Shown: piece by piece, positions 22,740 to 33,104 of the stretch
How positions within the stretch are numbered: the stretch's first letter is position 1
How the letters are laid out: every line of letters begins with the position of its first letter
Source of the DNA: Nemertoderma westbladi
Lineage: Eukaryota > Animalia > Xenacoelomorpha
Assembly: GCA_032718475.1 (NCBI GenBank)
Contig: JAUCBJ010008450.1
Span: forward strand, 62,001 to 126,000
Length of the DNA: 64,000 bases
Direction of reading: 5' to 3'
Position numbers and translations under genes: made by a program
Notes under the pieces: model-generated
The model's input: only the letters and a program-made list of their open reading frames with translations
What the model was told of the DNA's origin: nothing
Databases searched by the model: none

Positions 22740-24265
22740 AGAATGATGTTTCATGAATGATGAACATATCATTCCCAAGTTTACCCATATACGAATTCCT
22801 GAACCACTTGTTTGTTACTCTGAATCGTTTGCTCGGCAAAGGCGAAACATCGTGAGGAAATGCTTACGATCCTTGAAGGGCGAAGTTGCTCGCATCTCTA
22901 CAAAACTTGACAGACTTTACGATGTCGTTAGTACAATACTCGCACCGATAGTATGCCAGGCAGTATTCGAACACATTAGGCGAACTAATGCATCACAGAT
23001 TAAAGATAAAAACAATGACTGAGGAAAAAACTTGAAAATCTTCTACAATATAAAGAGAGTGGAAACAAGTTTACTAAGGAAAACACAGTCATTAATAGAT
23101 TGAGTAGAATTCTTTCCAATACGGAATTGGACTGTCTAAAACTGGGTTTCAATATGTCTATTGGATTTAAAAAAGTTGACTCCATGAAAGTCAAATTGAA
23201 TTGGAATGATTTTTTCAGAATTTGTTACGTCTTCAGGAGGATGACCTTAGCCCATCACAATGTATGGAACATAGAGCACTTATTAAGTCTCTTATTTTGG
23301 GCTACACTAGCCAACCTCCAGTGCATTTAAGTAACATTGAGAATACATTGCTTAATCTGTCTAAAGACACATCGATTTATGTCTGTAAATTCGATAAAGG
23401 AAATGGAACTGTAATTTTAGATAGAGAAGAATATATTCAAAAAATGAATTTAATTTTGAACGTCTCAACTAAGCTTGATAAGTATCAATGTCATCCTAGA
23501 CAAACTCGTGATACTACTTGTGTAATAGAGGATAAGTTCAATGATTCTCTAAAGTCATGTGAATTACCAGAACGTAAGTATAAACAACTTAAGGTGGTGG
23601 GAAGTCAACCTGCGAGGTTGTACGGGTTGGCGAAAATACACAAGGAAGGAGTACCCATGCATCCGATTTTGTCCGCAACGAGCTGCTACACCTACAAGTT
23701 AGCTAAGGAGATGGACTTTTGACTAAAGAAGGCACTGCCCTTGAAATTTACTTTGACAGACACATTCGATTTTCTTGATGCTCTTCAAAGATTTTGTTGG
23801 CTTTGGGGCACTTTGATAAATTGGATGGACATTTTTTCAAGTTTAATATCGTTGATTATATTCAGAAAGATGATCTCGCGATGGGTTTACCATTGGCATG
23901 CACTCTTGCTGTATTTTTCATGTTTATGCTTGAATATCGATTTGTTGAATGTGACCATGATATCCTTCCCGAGTTATATAAAAGACTCATAGATGGCTCT
24001 ATTCTCACATTTGATCCAGGAGGAAACCGACCGTCATCATTCCTAGATTTTATGAATTCATTAGGTCCTAGTGCCAAGTTCACTATGGAAACTGAGAAGG
24101 AAGGACGTCTTCCATTCCTGGATGTTTTAGTTGAATGAACACAGACTGGTTTTTCAACCGAGTGGTATACAAAGCCCACTCACACTGGACTTTATACACC
24201 TGAACAGAGTATTTACTCACCCAAAATATAAATGGTCCCTCTTATTTACTTTATTTTGGCGGGTC
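22740..24265 (+). mobile_element. Penelope-like element RT relic
   Basis: KFDKGNGTVILDREEY, PARLYGLAKIHKEGVP-HPILS, LAMGLPL, FTMETEKEGRLPFLDVLV, YTKPTHTGLY. Several frameshifts and deletions. Confidence 0.88.
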
Positions 24266-24279
24266 CTGATCATATATAG

Positions 24280-24615
24280 CACTCATTATGTGGCTGCCTA
24301 CACCTAGTAGGCCTACTTATGCAATCTGTAGGAAGCAGACAGCACACTCTACATATGTCGTTACCAGTACCGTACCGCGGACTGGACCGGTTTCACTCAT
24401 TCTGTGGCTGCCTACACCTAGTAGGCCTACTTATGCAATCTGTAGGAAGGAGACAGCACACTCTACATATGTCATTACCAGTACCGAACCAAGGACTGGA
24501 CCGGTTTCACTCATTCTGTGGCTGCATACACCTAGTAGGCCTACGTATGCAATCTGTAGGAAGCAGACAGCACACTACATATGTTGTTACTGGTACTGTA
24601 CCGTTACCAGTACTG
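24280..24615. repeat. 114-bp tandem repeat x3
   Basis: cactcatt.tgtggctgc.tacacctagtaggcctac... starts at 24280, 24394 and 24508. Confidence 0.9.
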
Positions 24616-25245
24616 GTATAATATACGATTTCTAACAAATATAACTTCGAAACTTGAAAATAATATGAACATATTCGTTTTAAATAAAGTACCTGTACTT
24701 CACTTTCAGGCTCTCGTTCACTCTCATTTCATTCTGTAGCTCGTTCATGGAAATATCCCCACTCGAGCTGGTATGATACTGTGCTACTATATTTAAATAG
24801 AATTATATTATTGACTAAATTGCACCAGGCAGTAATATTCTCACATAAATTTATAATTAAGTAATTAAGTGTCGCTATGAAGCATATACTACTACTATTT
24901 AATTAGTAACTACCTATACTAAATTTTAAGTCATTAAGTAAGGGTCGCTATGAAGCTAATACTACAGTACTGCTATTTAATAATGAAATAATAATAAACT
25001 GATTTAGTTTCATGATAATGTTAAATAACTAGTTTTTTCTGAAAATCAATATTATATGTAATTTGTAATGGAGTAGATTCAAACAGCGCACCGTATCAGA
25101 GTAGATAATGGCGTCAAGGGATGTTCAAAATCCTCCAGTATGGTATTTGGTAGTCCTTGGTATGCAGTTTACAGATACTGTATCTCATTGAAGATTAAAA
25201 GTAATTTTATTTGTCTCTTTATTAATTTACATTTATTATTTTAAG

Positions 25246-25365
25246 ATCTGCAATGAAATTACATTGTATGATGAACCCTACTTTGGCGGTAAATCAAAAA
25301 CGCTGTTTGTTTCTGGAGGGTACAAATATCTTGGGGACCTCGACCAAAAAACTTCTAGTATTCAG
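25246..25365 (+). CDS. Beta/gamma-crystallin gene, exon b (120 nt, phase 0/0)
   Basis: ttttaag|atc ... cag|gttaga; ICNEITLYDEPYFGGKSKTLFVSGGYKYLGDLDQKTSSIQ. Confidence 0.87.
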
Positions 25366-25788
25366 GTTAGATTTTCATAATGCAGCTCCTTTCATCTGCT
25401 ATGGAATTAATAATTGAGTAGAATGAAGAATGAGACATGAAAGAAGATTATATACTATTATTTCCGAATTTGGTAGAACAGCCACACCCCCCTGCCCCCC
25501 TCCCCCTTTTCCTTCTAAACGCCCTCCAATATTTCTGTATACTTCCAATTCTCGCTGCTGTTGGGTTCCACTAGCATTGCTATTTTCTCAACTGTGTATG
25601 CAGCGTTCTCCCTCCAATAACTCACAATTATTACACTTATGTGCAAATTTAATTTTAATCTTTGGAACTAGCGTAAGAAGTAAATACATGTTAACAAATA
25701 AATGTATAAAGAAAATAAACTAATCATATAATTGAATTTATACCACTATATTAGTATAAATACTAATGGTATTTATTTAACCTTATAG

Positions 25789-25932
25789 ATTAGGTGTGGA
25801 TCCTGGATTCTGTACACAGGAATCCTCTTCACCGGAGAATATATCATCCTCGACCCAGGTAGCTATGAACGATCCATCGATTTCGATCCTTATTTTGAAA
25901 ACAAGATACGTTCATTAAGGCCCTTACCAGAG
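25789..25932 (+). CDS. Beta/gamma-crystallin gene, exon c (144 nt, phase 0/0)
   Basis: ccttatag|att ... gag|gttaga; IRCGSWILYTGILFTGEYIILDPGSYERSIDFDPYFENKIRSLRPLPE. Confidence 0.9.
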
Positions 25933-26079
25933 GTTAGATACCATTAATTAAGTTTAAATAATCTTTACTATTTATTGTTTGATGGTGAATAAAACAATGA
26001 TGGAAAAGTATCATTGTATAATGTGGCTGACAGCCAATATGTTTTTCTACTGTATAAAACTGAAGGTTACAGAAGTCAG

Positions 26080-27074
26080 GAACTGGAGTCTTCAACCCCT
26101 AATGAAAACTCTTAATGTAATCCAAAGTACAAGATTATGCACTGGCTGGTCCTCACGGCGAAGGCAATGTCCTGCAAAGCGGAGGCGATTTTGTTCTAGT
26201 GTCAAGCTTGGGGGAATCAATGAGACACCTCCAATGTTATATAGTGTGTGGTTGGAGATGTGTGCATTTTACTTGACACAATGTACCCGGCATAGCATTC
26301 TTGTGAATGTGCCATCCAGAGATTTGGTGTCCTCAGCAGATAGAGCCCAGCATGGACTCCCATATAGGAGTACTGCAACTACTGCTGCTCTAAATAATCG
26401 GACCTTAAGTTTCCGATTAATTCTCGGTGACTTTCAAATCCTTGAAAGCCTATTCAAGGCTGCCCATGCCTTTCCCTTACGTATTCGAAGGTCCTCACCT
26501 GACTTCCGGATCCATGATCCCAGGTAACAGAAGTCATCCACATGCTCAAGCATACCATCTTTTGAGCTTATGCTCATCCGATCAGAGACTTGTTGAGGAC
26601 TTTCAAAGTTAACTGTCAAAATTTTGGTCTTTCTGGAGTTAATAAAAAGACCAACACTAGAAGCAGCATGTTCTAATGAGCTGAGGAGCCATCAGCAGTC
26701 ATCAGCAAAGTCTAGATCAGTTAGGTACTTGGCAGGATTTCCTCGACTTCTGGAGCCAGTAGCTGGAGTTATCATCACCCCATCATCATTATGATGATCT
26801 AAGGACATGCGTAGAACATAGTCAACAACAATTATGAACAGGAATGGTGCAAGTGTGTCTCCCTGGAGGACGCCCCATAACACTTCAAATGGTTCTGTGT
26901 CACCGTCAACAGTAGACACAAATGTTGTCGAACCATTGTATACTGATCTGATTGCTGCAATAATTTCATCAGGAATCCCATATAATGAAAGTATGCTGAA
27001 CATACGTGAGCGAGAGACTGAATCAAAGGCCTTGAAGAAGTCAACAAAGATAACAGCCAGATGCCTGTCTTTCT
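26080..27074 (-). mobile_element. RTE-clade LINE, 3' half (RT and C-terminus)
   Basis: FVDFFKAFDSV, GVLQGDTLAPFLFIIVVDY, LTDLDFADD, DFCYLGSWI. Continues at 33105-34830 beyond the nested LINE. Confidence 0.88.
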
Positions 27075-27425
27075 AATAATAATAATAATAATATAATAAT
27101 AATTTCTTTATTGATCCTTAAAACCAGAGAATTTATGATAAAAAATTGCACTGGGCATTCAATGTATACACACTAAATGATTATTTGGAACAATAGCGTC
27201 AGTGTACAGGAGCAACTATGTTACTCCTATGTATGTAATACCGGAAATAAGACATGTACAGTAGATATAATAAATAAATAAAAAAAATTTAGTTGAGCAC
27301 AAATATTACTACCCCCCCCCCCCACCCCCGCTGAACCATGCAGAAACCTTGGTTTCGTTATGGAGCAGTTACCCCCCCCCCCCCCCCCCCCCCCCTCCCT
27401 CTGGCAGACAATAAAGAGCCTCCAG

Positions 27426-30400
27426 CTAAGTTACTTCTTCTCGACTGTATTTACTTAGAAATATATTTTTTAAATGTCGTTTAAAAGTTGCAAGGTTTGG
27501 TGACTTGATTACATCGATATGGAGCGAATTCCATAATTTTACCGATTTCACAATTATACTATCGTGACCAAACCTATTTTTAGATTTTGGAATAACGATA
27601 TTCCCAGTTCGTGGATTTAACCTAATATTGTTTTTTGCTAAAAACGGCAGATCCAAAGTTTTAAAAGCTTCTGTAAGCTTATGCATATATTTGTAAAAGT
27701 ATATAAGCGCATAATATTCTCGAACTGCAGAGAGTAACGGAATTTCGCCTTTCTGCCTCAACTCCGTTCCACTGCTGTCGGTAATTTTCTTCCCGAAAAT
27801 AGTGCGTAATGCGTAATTTTGTACCTTTTCAAATTTATAAAGCAGTTCCTTTGAACCATGTTTGTCATGGAGAGACACAAGCAGCTGACAACAATAATTA
27901 TGATAGGGCATAGTAAGCGTTTTATATAATTGCAATTTAGTTTTATTGGGCAATTGACCCTTTATTATTCGTAAACAAGAAATGGTAAGAGTCATTTTTT
28001 GGATCATTTTCCCTATGTAATCTTTCCAATTTAGCTCGTTATCAATGTTCACTCCCAGATATTTTACTGATGGAGATTGTGGAATAGGTTCAGGGCAGCC
28101 TACATTTAATTTTATGGATGAGAAGTCAGCTCTATTTTCTGGGCTGATTTGCTTCGGAGATAAAAGGAGAAATTCCGTTTTGTCTGGGTTCAGTTTCAAA
28201 TGAGAATCATTAAATATTTTTTGAATTTTCTGAACATTCGACTCTAACAATTTTGTAGCTTGTTCTGGATCTGAGTCAGCCACATAAATAACTGTATCAT
28301 CAGCATACTGTATAATTGAAACATTTGTCAGTTGTTCTGGAATGTTATTGGTATATAGCATGAATAATAGAGGCCCTAAAATGGTACCTTGGGGAACGCC
28401 CCTTGTTTCAGTTAGCCAATCAGAAAAAGTATTTTCTACTTTAACACGTTGCTTCCTTTTCAATAGGTAATTTTGTATGAGGTTCAGTGCAGTCGAGTGG
28501 AAGCCTAAATGTTTGAGTCTGTGATTCAAAATGTCATGATTTATAGAGTTGAAAGCTTTGCTTAGGTCTAAAAATGCGGCTGCGACAAATTTGTTGTCAT
28601 TCAAATGTTGACGCCAATTCTCAGTTAAGTAAGTAACTGCATCAACAGTAGAAAATCCTGTTCGGAAACCAAATTGTTTTGGGTATAAAAGCTTATTATC
28701 TTTGACATATTCAAGTATTTGAGAACACATAATTTTTTCAACAACTTTGGCAAAAGGAGACGTTATTGCAACTGGTCTGTAGTTCGCAGCATCAAATAGA
28801 TCACCTTTTTTATAAATTGGGGAAATATTCGACAATTTTAGATGGTCTGGGAATAAAGATTTCGTCAAACATTGATTTATTAGAAAATGCAACGGGCCCG
28901 AAATGTGAGATCGAATTTCCCTTATTATTTTTGTAGGTATTTTACAAGGTCCAGAGGACTTATTTTCATTTAATTGATCAATTCTATAGTCTACTTCTAA
29001 TAGACTCACGCATTTAAATGAAAAATGAGCTCGGTTTTGTACGGAGTCGACTGGTAGGGTATAAATGCCCATATTGGTCGACGAGCAATTAAAAAAGTTC
29101 CCTAAATTTAGAAAAGTTTCATTCATGGCATTTGATAATTGTTTTCTGTTAGTTATTAAAATACCTCTGTATTTGATACAGTTAATGGAGGCACTTTTGA
29201 TTTTATTATTTATAATTTTATTAATTATTTTCCACCTTGATTTGCTGTCCCTGGCACTCAGATATTTATTTTTTACGAAATTATTCTTTAGTTTATTGTT
29301 CAGATTATTAAACTTATTTCGCAATAATTTGTATGCTTTGTAATCGTTATCACTTTTTGTACGGCGCCAAAGTGCAAATTTTTTATATTTATTGGTTTTT
29401 AACTCATTAAGTTCATCTGTTGCCCAGTCATCTCTCATCATATTTTTATTAGGAATGACTAGTTTACGTTTCATAGGGGCATATTTATTCAGTATTTCCA
29501 CTATCTGATTTTCAAAAATCTCAAATTGTTTATTGATATCATCCTCAAGATAAAAATCATTCCAGATAATATTCTCAATTTCATTTAAAAAGGCACCTTT
29601 GTTAAAATCAGTAAAATTCCTATACTCAATCCACTCGTTGTCTTTCTTTACCATTTTATTAAATTTATGTTTAATTGATGTCACTGTGTAATCATGATCT
29701 GAGAAATCGCATAAATATACACTGCCAGTGGAATTAGAAATAGTAGTTCGATTCAGACTAGTTATTACCACGTCTAAAAGTGTGGAAGTTTTATCCGTGG
29801 TTCTAGTTGGCACTGTTGTATTTGTTAGGTACAATGTATACAAATTTAAGATGTCATTGAGAGCTGAAAGTCTCGTATTATTAACTCCTGAAGTCCCCAA
29901 AATGTTTACATTTAGGTCACCTTGGATAATTAATTTTTTATTTGGTTCCAGAATTTGTGCATTTTCAATTTCCTCTGAAAAACTGTTAAAAAAGTTAGTA
30001 TTTATTTTAATTCTAGTTCTGGGCGGACGATAAACAGTGCAAACCAAAATATCGTCTATTTCCACCCATATCGATTCTAAAACCCCGTTAGTTTTGATAT
30101 CGGGTCTAACCCTACTATTTATATGTTCTGGAACATATGTTAAGACTCCACCCCCCTTCCTTCCCCTTCTGTCTTGCCTATAAATTTTATAACCGGGAAT
30201 GGCTACTGCTTTATCGCTAATATGTTTCTTTAACCACGTTTCGGTTACAGATAAAATGCAGTTATTTGAACCCCTCAGCAAACTGCGTACATGATCGATA
30301 TTTTTAAATAAACTTCTAGCATTTATTTGAATAAAATGAAATGTTTGACTGTTAGACCGAATAAAAGATTTCAGATCTACCTGTATATCATCAATCTGAG

Positions 30401-31319
30401 GGCCAGGGTTCGGGTGGATGTCTCCAGCTAGAGCTAATAGATTGTTTACTGTGAGACTCACAATTAAAATAGAACTTATTACTACACGGACATATAATAA
30501 TGTACTTAATTTAAAACTCGAAATAATAAAACTCAAAATTAATTTGGTATTTCTAGTTTGTGTTTCTGGGCGGAAAGTATAATCACACACAGGTGGCGAA
30601 TACAACATGGTTGTAATTCGACTACTACAGTGAAATAAAATACCGGATAAAACGGTAGTGAACAAGACATATAAAACCATTGAAATAAAAACGTTTCGGC
30701 GTTTACAGTTAAAATTATTATATTTATTACTAGAGGCCCATATATAGCGACTCAGAAAAAAACAGAGAGTGAATAGTGTCACCATATAATGGTACCCTGG
30801 TGGGTGTAAAATAGCTGGTGCCATCGACTGCCCCCCAGAGAGAGCCCCAAATGTTCCTCTGTGAATACAGATTATCAGAAAAATTCCCAATATTGTTTTT
30901 AAATTAAAATACTTGAATTTTTGTGGTTGGCGTTTTTGCCGCCCTCTATACATAGTTCTTGAATTAAATTTCAACCTATCAAACCAAATATTCACAAAAA
31001 TAAAAATTAATGGAATTAAAAGTACAAAGACGCTAAATAGTAAAATCAATGTGACTATAACAGTTAAGAAATATAGTACAAGTGAAATAAAAACAAGGAT
31101 TTGTTTCCGTAGGTAGAGGACGATTACAACTAAAAGTAAAATCGCCTCTGCAAAAATTAAAATCGATGTTTGAGTGAGTATATAAATGACTTGGGGTATT
31201 ACGTTGAGGTTAGGCGAAATGGGTGGTATTACATATATCCAATTTAGAATCGCATATATGATTGTATATAGGAATAAAATTACTAAAGTAGTTACATTTA
31301 CAGTTAAGGTCGCGAACAT
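27426..31319 (-). CDS. LINE ORF2: hydrophobic N-terminal domain, 2A-like motif, APE endonuclease, reverse transcriptase (1297 aa)
   Basis: LLALAGDIHPNPGP; INARSL, VTETWL, VYRPP, GDLN, LLDV, SDH; NYRPVA, QFGFR, FLDLSKAF, GVPQGTILGPLLF, QYADD, KYLGV. Confidence 0.95.
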   Translation of the reverse strand: MFATLTVNVTTLVILFLYTIIYAILNWIYVIPPISPNLNVIPQVIYILTQTSILIFAEAILLLVVIVLYLRKQILVFISLVLYFLTVIVTLILLFSVFVLLIPLIFIFVNIWFDRLKFNSRTMYRGRQKRQPQKFKYFNLKTILGIFLIICIHRGTFGALSGGQSMAPAILHPPGYHYMVTLFTLCFFLSRYIWASSNKYNNFNCKRRNVFISMVLYVLFTTVLSGILFHCSSRITTMLYSPPVCDYTFRPETQTRNTKLILSFIISSFKLSTLLYVRVVISSILIVSLTVNNLLALAGDIHPNPGPQIDDIQVDLKSFIRSNSQTFHFIQINARSLFKNIDHVRSLLRGSNNCILSVTETWLKKHISDKAVAIPGYKIYRQDRRGRKGGGVLTYVPEHINSRVRPDIKTNGVLESIWVEIDDILVCTVYRPPRTRIKINTNFFNSFSEEIENAQILEPNKKLIIQGDLNVNILGTSGVNNTRLSALNDILNLYTLYLTNTTVPTRTTDKTSTLLDVVITSLNRTTISNSTGSVYLCDFSDHDYTVTSIKHKFNKMVKKDNEWIEYRNFTDFNKGAFLNEIENIIWNDFYLEDDINKQFEIFENQIVEILNKYAPMKRKLVIPNKNMMRDDWATDELNELKTNKYKKFALWRRTKSDNDYKAYKLLRNKFNNLNNKLKNNFVKNKYLSARDSKSRWKIINKIINNKIKSASINCIKYRGILITNRKQLSNAMNETFLNLGNFFNCSSTNMGIYTLPVDSVQNRAHFSFKCVSLLEVDYRIDQLNENKSSGPCKIPTKIIREIRSHISGPLHFLINQCLTKSLFPDHLKLSNISPIYKKGDLFDAANYRPVAITSPFAKVVEKIMCSQILEYVKDNKLLYPKQFGFRTGFSTVDAVTYLTENWRQHLNDNKFVAAAFLDLSKAFNSINHDILNHRLKHLGFHSTALNLIQNYLLKRKQRVKVENTFSDWLTETRGVPQGTILGPLLFMLYTNNIPEQLTNVSIIQYADDTVIYVADSDPEQATKLLESNVQKIQKIFNDSHLKLNPDKTEFLLLSPKQISPENRADFSSIKLNVGCPEPIPQSPSVKYLGVNIDNELNWKDYIGKMIQKMTLTISCLRIIKGQLPNKTKLQLYKTLTMPYHNYCCQLLVSLHDKHGSKELLYKFEKVQNYALRTIFGKKITDSSGTELRQKGEIPLLSAVREYYALIYFYKYMHKLTEAFKTLDLPFLAKNNIRLNPRTGNIVIPKSKNRFGHDSIIVKSVKLWNSLHIDVIKSPNLATFKRHLKNIFLSKYSREEVT

Positions 31320-31484
31320 GATAGTTTGTCATTAGGAATAAAATACTAAAATTATAAAAGTGTTAAAATACCAGTTAAAGTTACATGGAAATATTAATTA
31401 CCGGTAATTAAGGTCTAGGCATCAATAGCCTGTAAAAACGTAATTAGTGCACCGATAACCCCCTTAGAAACTGCAGGACCTCCC

Positions 31485-32900
31485 TCAGAAGGGGGGGGAT
31501 GGTCGCGTCTGTGGGGGAGGCCCTGTAGGGGGTTGCTGGGAGGGCCAGGGTTGGGTCGGGTACCCCTGGGTGGTTGGACGACCCGCCCATGGCGCTATGG
31601 GAGTCAGTTTGCGTCCCGAGATGGCAGTGGGAGCTGGCGGAGCCGGAGGCGGAGGGGAGCCCAACCAGTGAGCGCCGGGTGCTTGGTTACCGTGGTAACG
31701 GTAGGTAGCGTGAGAAGCACCAGCACTGGGGCGAACTTTCTCGACGATGGCGCGAACGAGTAACCCGATATTCTGTTGTTTAATATGTTTACTGTCGTAT
31801 AGGTGGTTGGCTGTAATCGAGTGCTCGGTGAAGGTTATGTTGTTTTCATGGCACATCGTTGCGAGGAGCTGGTTGGGGTAGGTTACGTTGCGGTCTTTTC
31901 GTGCGATAATTGATCCGACAATAATGCGACATTTTGGCCACACCGTCTTTATTGCTACAGCTCCGTCACGGATGTTCTTACAGACGGAGCGGACCGACGA
32001 ATTATCGATGTCATTAGTACCAGTTTGGATGTAAACCGTGTCGATGTTCTTGTACGTAGAGGAAGCAGTTGTAATAGTGGATGGAATCTGTGCTGCCGTG
32101 CTACAGGGAACCATTTTAGCGTCGTGACGTATCTTCCTCGGATATATATATTTCCTGTTGCTGTCCATCAGTAGGAGACAGCGGGTGGCCCTTTCAGGTC
32201 GACTAACGTTGGTAAAGGGCGCTTCATTAGGCTGGTTCGGGGAATGCGGCATGGTTGTCTGGGTGGTAGTCGCCGGGGGCTTGGTTGTCTGGGTGGTAGT
32301 CGCCGGGGGCTTGGTCGTCTGGGTGGTAGTCGCCGGGGGCTTGGTCGTCTGGGTGGTAGCCGCCGGGGGCATCGTCGCTTGGAGTGGTGAGGCTGGACGC
32401 GGGGTCGCTTGGCGTGGTGTCGCTGGGCGCGGGGTCGCTTGGCGTGGTGTCGCTGGGTGCGGGGTCGCTGGGTGCGGGGTCGCTGGGTGCGGGGTCGCTT
32501 GGTGTGGTGTCGCTGGGCGTGGAGTTACCGGAGGTGGGAGGAGATTGTCCTCCCCATCCCCAACCTGGATGACCGACTCGTCTCGGGGAGTTTGCTCCCG
32601 CAGGAAGACAGTGCGGTCCATAATCGTATCATCCAGGTTAACAAGGGGGAAGTTATGAGGATGGTGGAGGGAGTCTAGCTCTTTGCGATAATCCTGGAGT
32701 AGCTGGTGGTCGATGTTACGTTGTTTAGTTAGCTGGACCACGCGCTTTTCTAGGTCAGACAGTCTCGTCAGTAGGACGTCAACTAAATCATCACAAAGTT
32801 GATTAGTAGAGGTGGTCTGGGAGGTGGTGGCAGTTTTAGATGTAGGGACTTCGCCCGAACTGAGAGTCCGTCGAGATTTCTTTGGTGGCGGTGGTGGTGT
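31485..32900 (-). CDS. LINE ORF1 with coiled coil, PATP/TTQTTKPPA repeats and SGNH-esterase-like domain (5' part has in-frame TGA stops)
   Basis: LLMDSNRK, QTGTNDI and YDSKHI match SGNH blocks I, III and V as seen in CR1/L2-group ORF1p. The frame stays open upstream of 32741 to TGA at 32901, with another TGA at 33030. Confidence 0.78.
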   Translation of the reverse strand, partial: TPPPPPKKSRRTLSSGEVPTSKTATTSQTTSTNQLCDDLVDVLLTRLSDLEKRVVQLTKQRNIDHQLLQDYRKELDSLHHPHNFPLVNLDDTIMDRTVFLREQTPRDESVIQVGDGEDNLLPPPVTPRPATPHQATPHPATPHPATPHPATPRQATPRPATPRQATPRPASPLQATMPPAATTQTTKPPATTTQTTKPPATTTQTTKPPATTTQTTMPHSPNQPNEAPFTNVSRPERATRCLLLMDSNRKYIYPRKIRHDAKMVPCSTAAQIPSTITTASSTYKNIDTVYIQTGTNDIDNSSVRSVCKNIRDGAVAIKTVWPKCRIIVGSIIARKDRNVTYPNQLLATMCHENNITFTEHSITANHLYDSKHIKQQNIGLLVRAIVEKVRPSAGASHATYRYHGNQAPGAHWLGSPPPPAPPAPTAISGRKLTPIAPWAGRPTTQGYPTQPWPSQQPPTGPPPQTRPSPPF

Positions 32901-33104
32901 TCATTCAACTGGCATTGTTGCGGGCGTGTATGGCGGATCCTGGCTGCCTGGAGAGACTAAAGAGGAATCGAAGAGTTGTGGATTGTTCTCAGTACCGGTA
33001 GTCAGGTTGTTAATCCTGTAATCAGGTAGTCAATAATCCTGCCAAGTACAGCAGTAGTGTGTAAATGGCGGCAACATGAATAATTGTGTCTGATCTGATC
33101 TGAT

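Larger units (their letters stand above)
27075..33104 (-). mobile_element. Near full-length CR1/L2-group LINE nested in the RTE element
   Basis: ORF1 (esterase-like), intact ORF2, (ATT)n 3' tail at 27075-27103. Flanked by a 131-bp duplication of host RTE sequence (26944-27074 and 33105-33235). Confidence 0.92.

Noticed and set aside
22740-24700. Hammerhead ribozyme associated with the Penelope relic
   Set aside because: No CTGAnGA...GAAA core with supporting stems found near the element.
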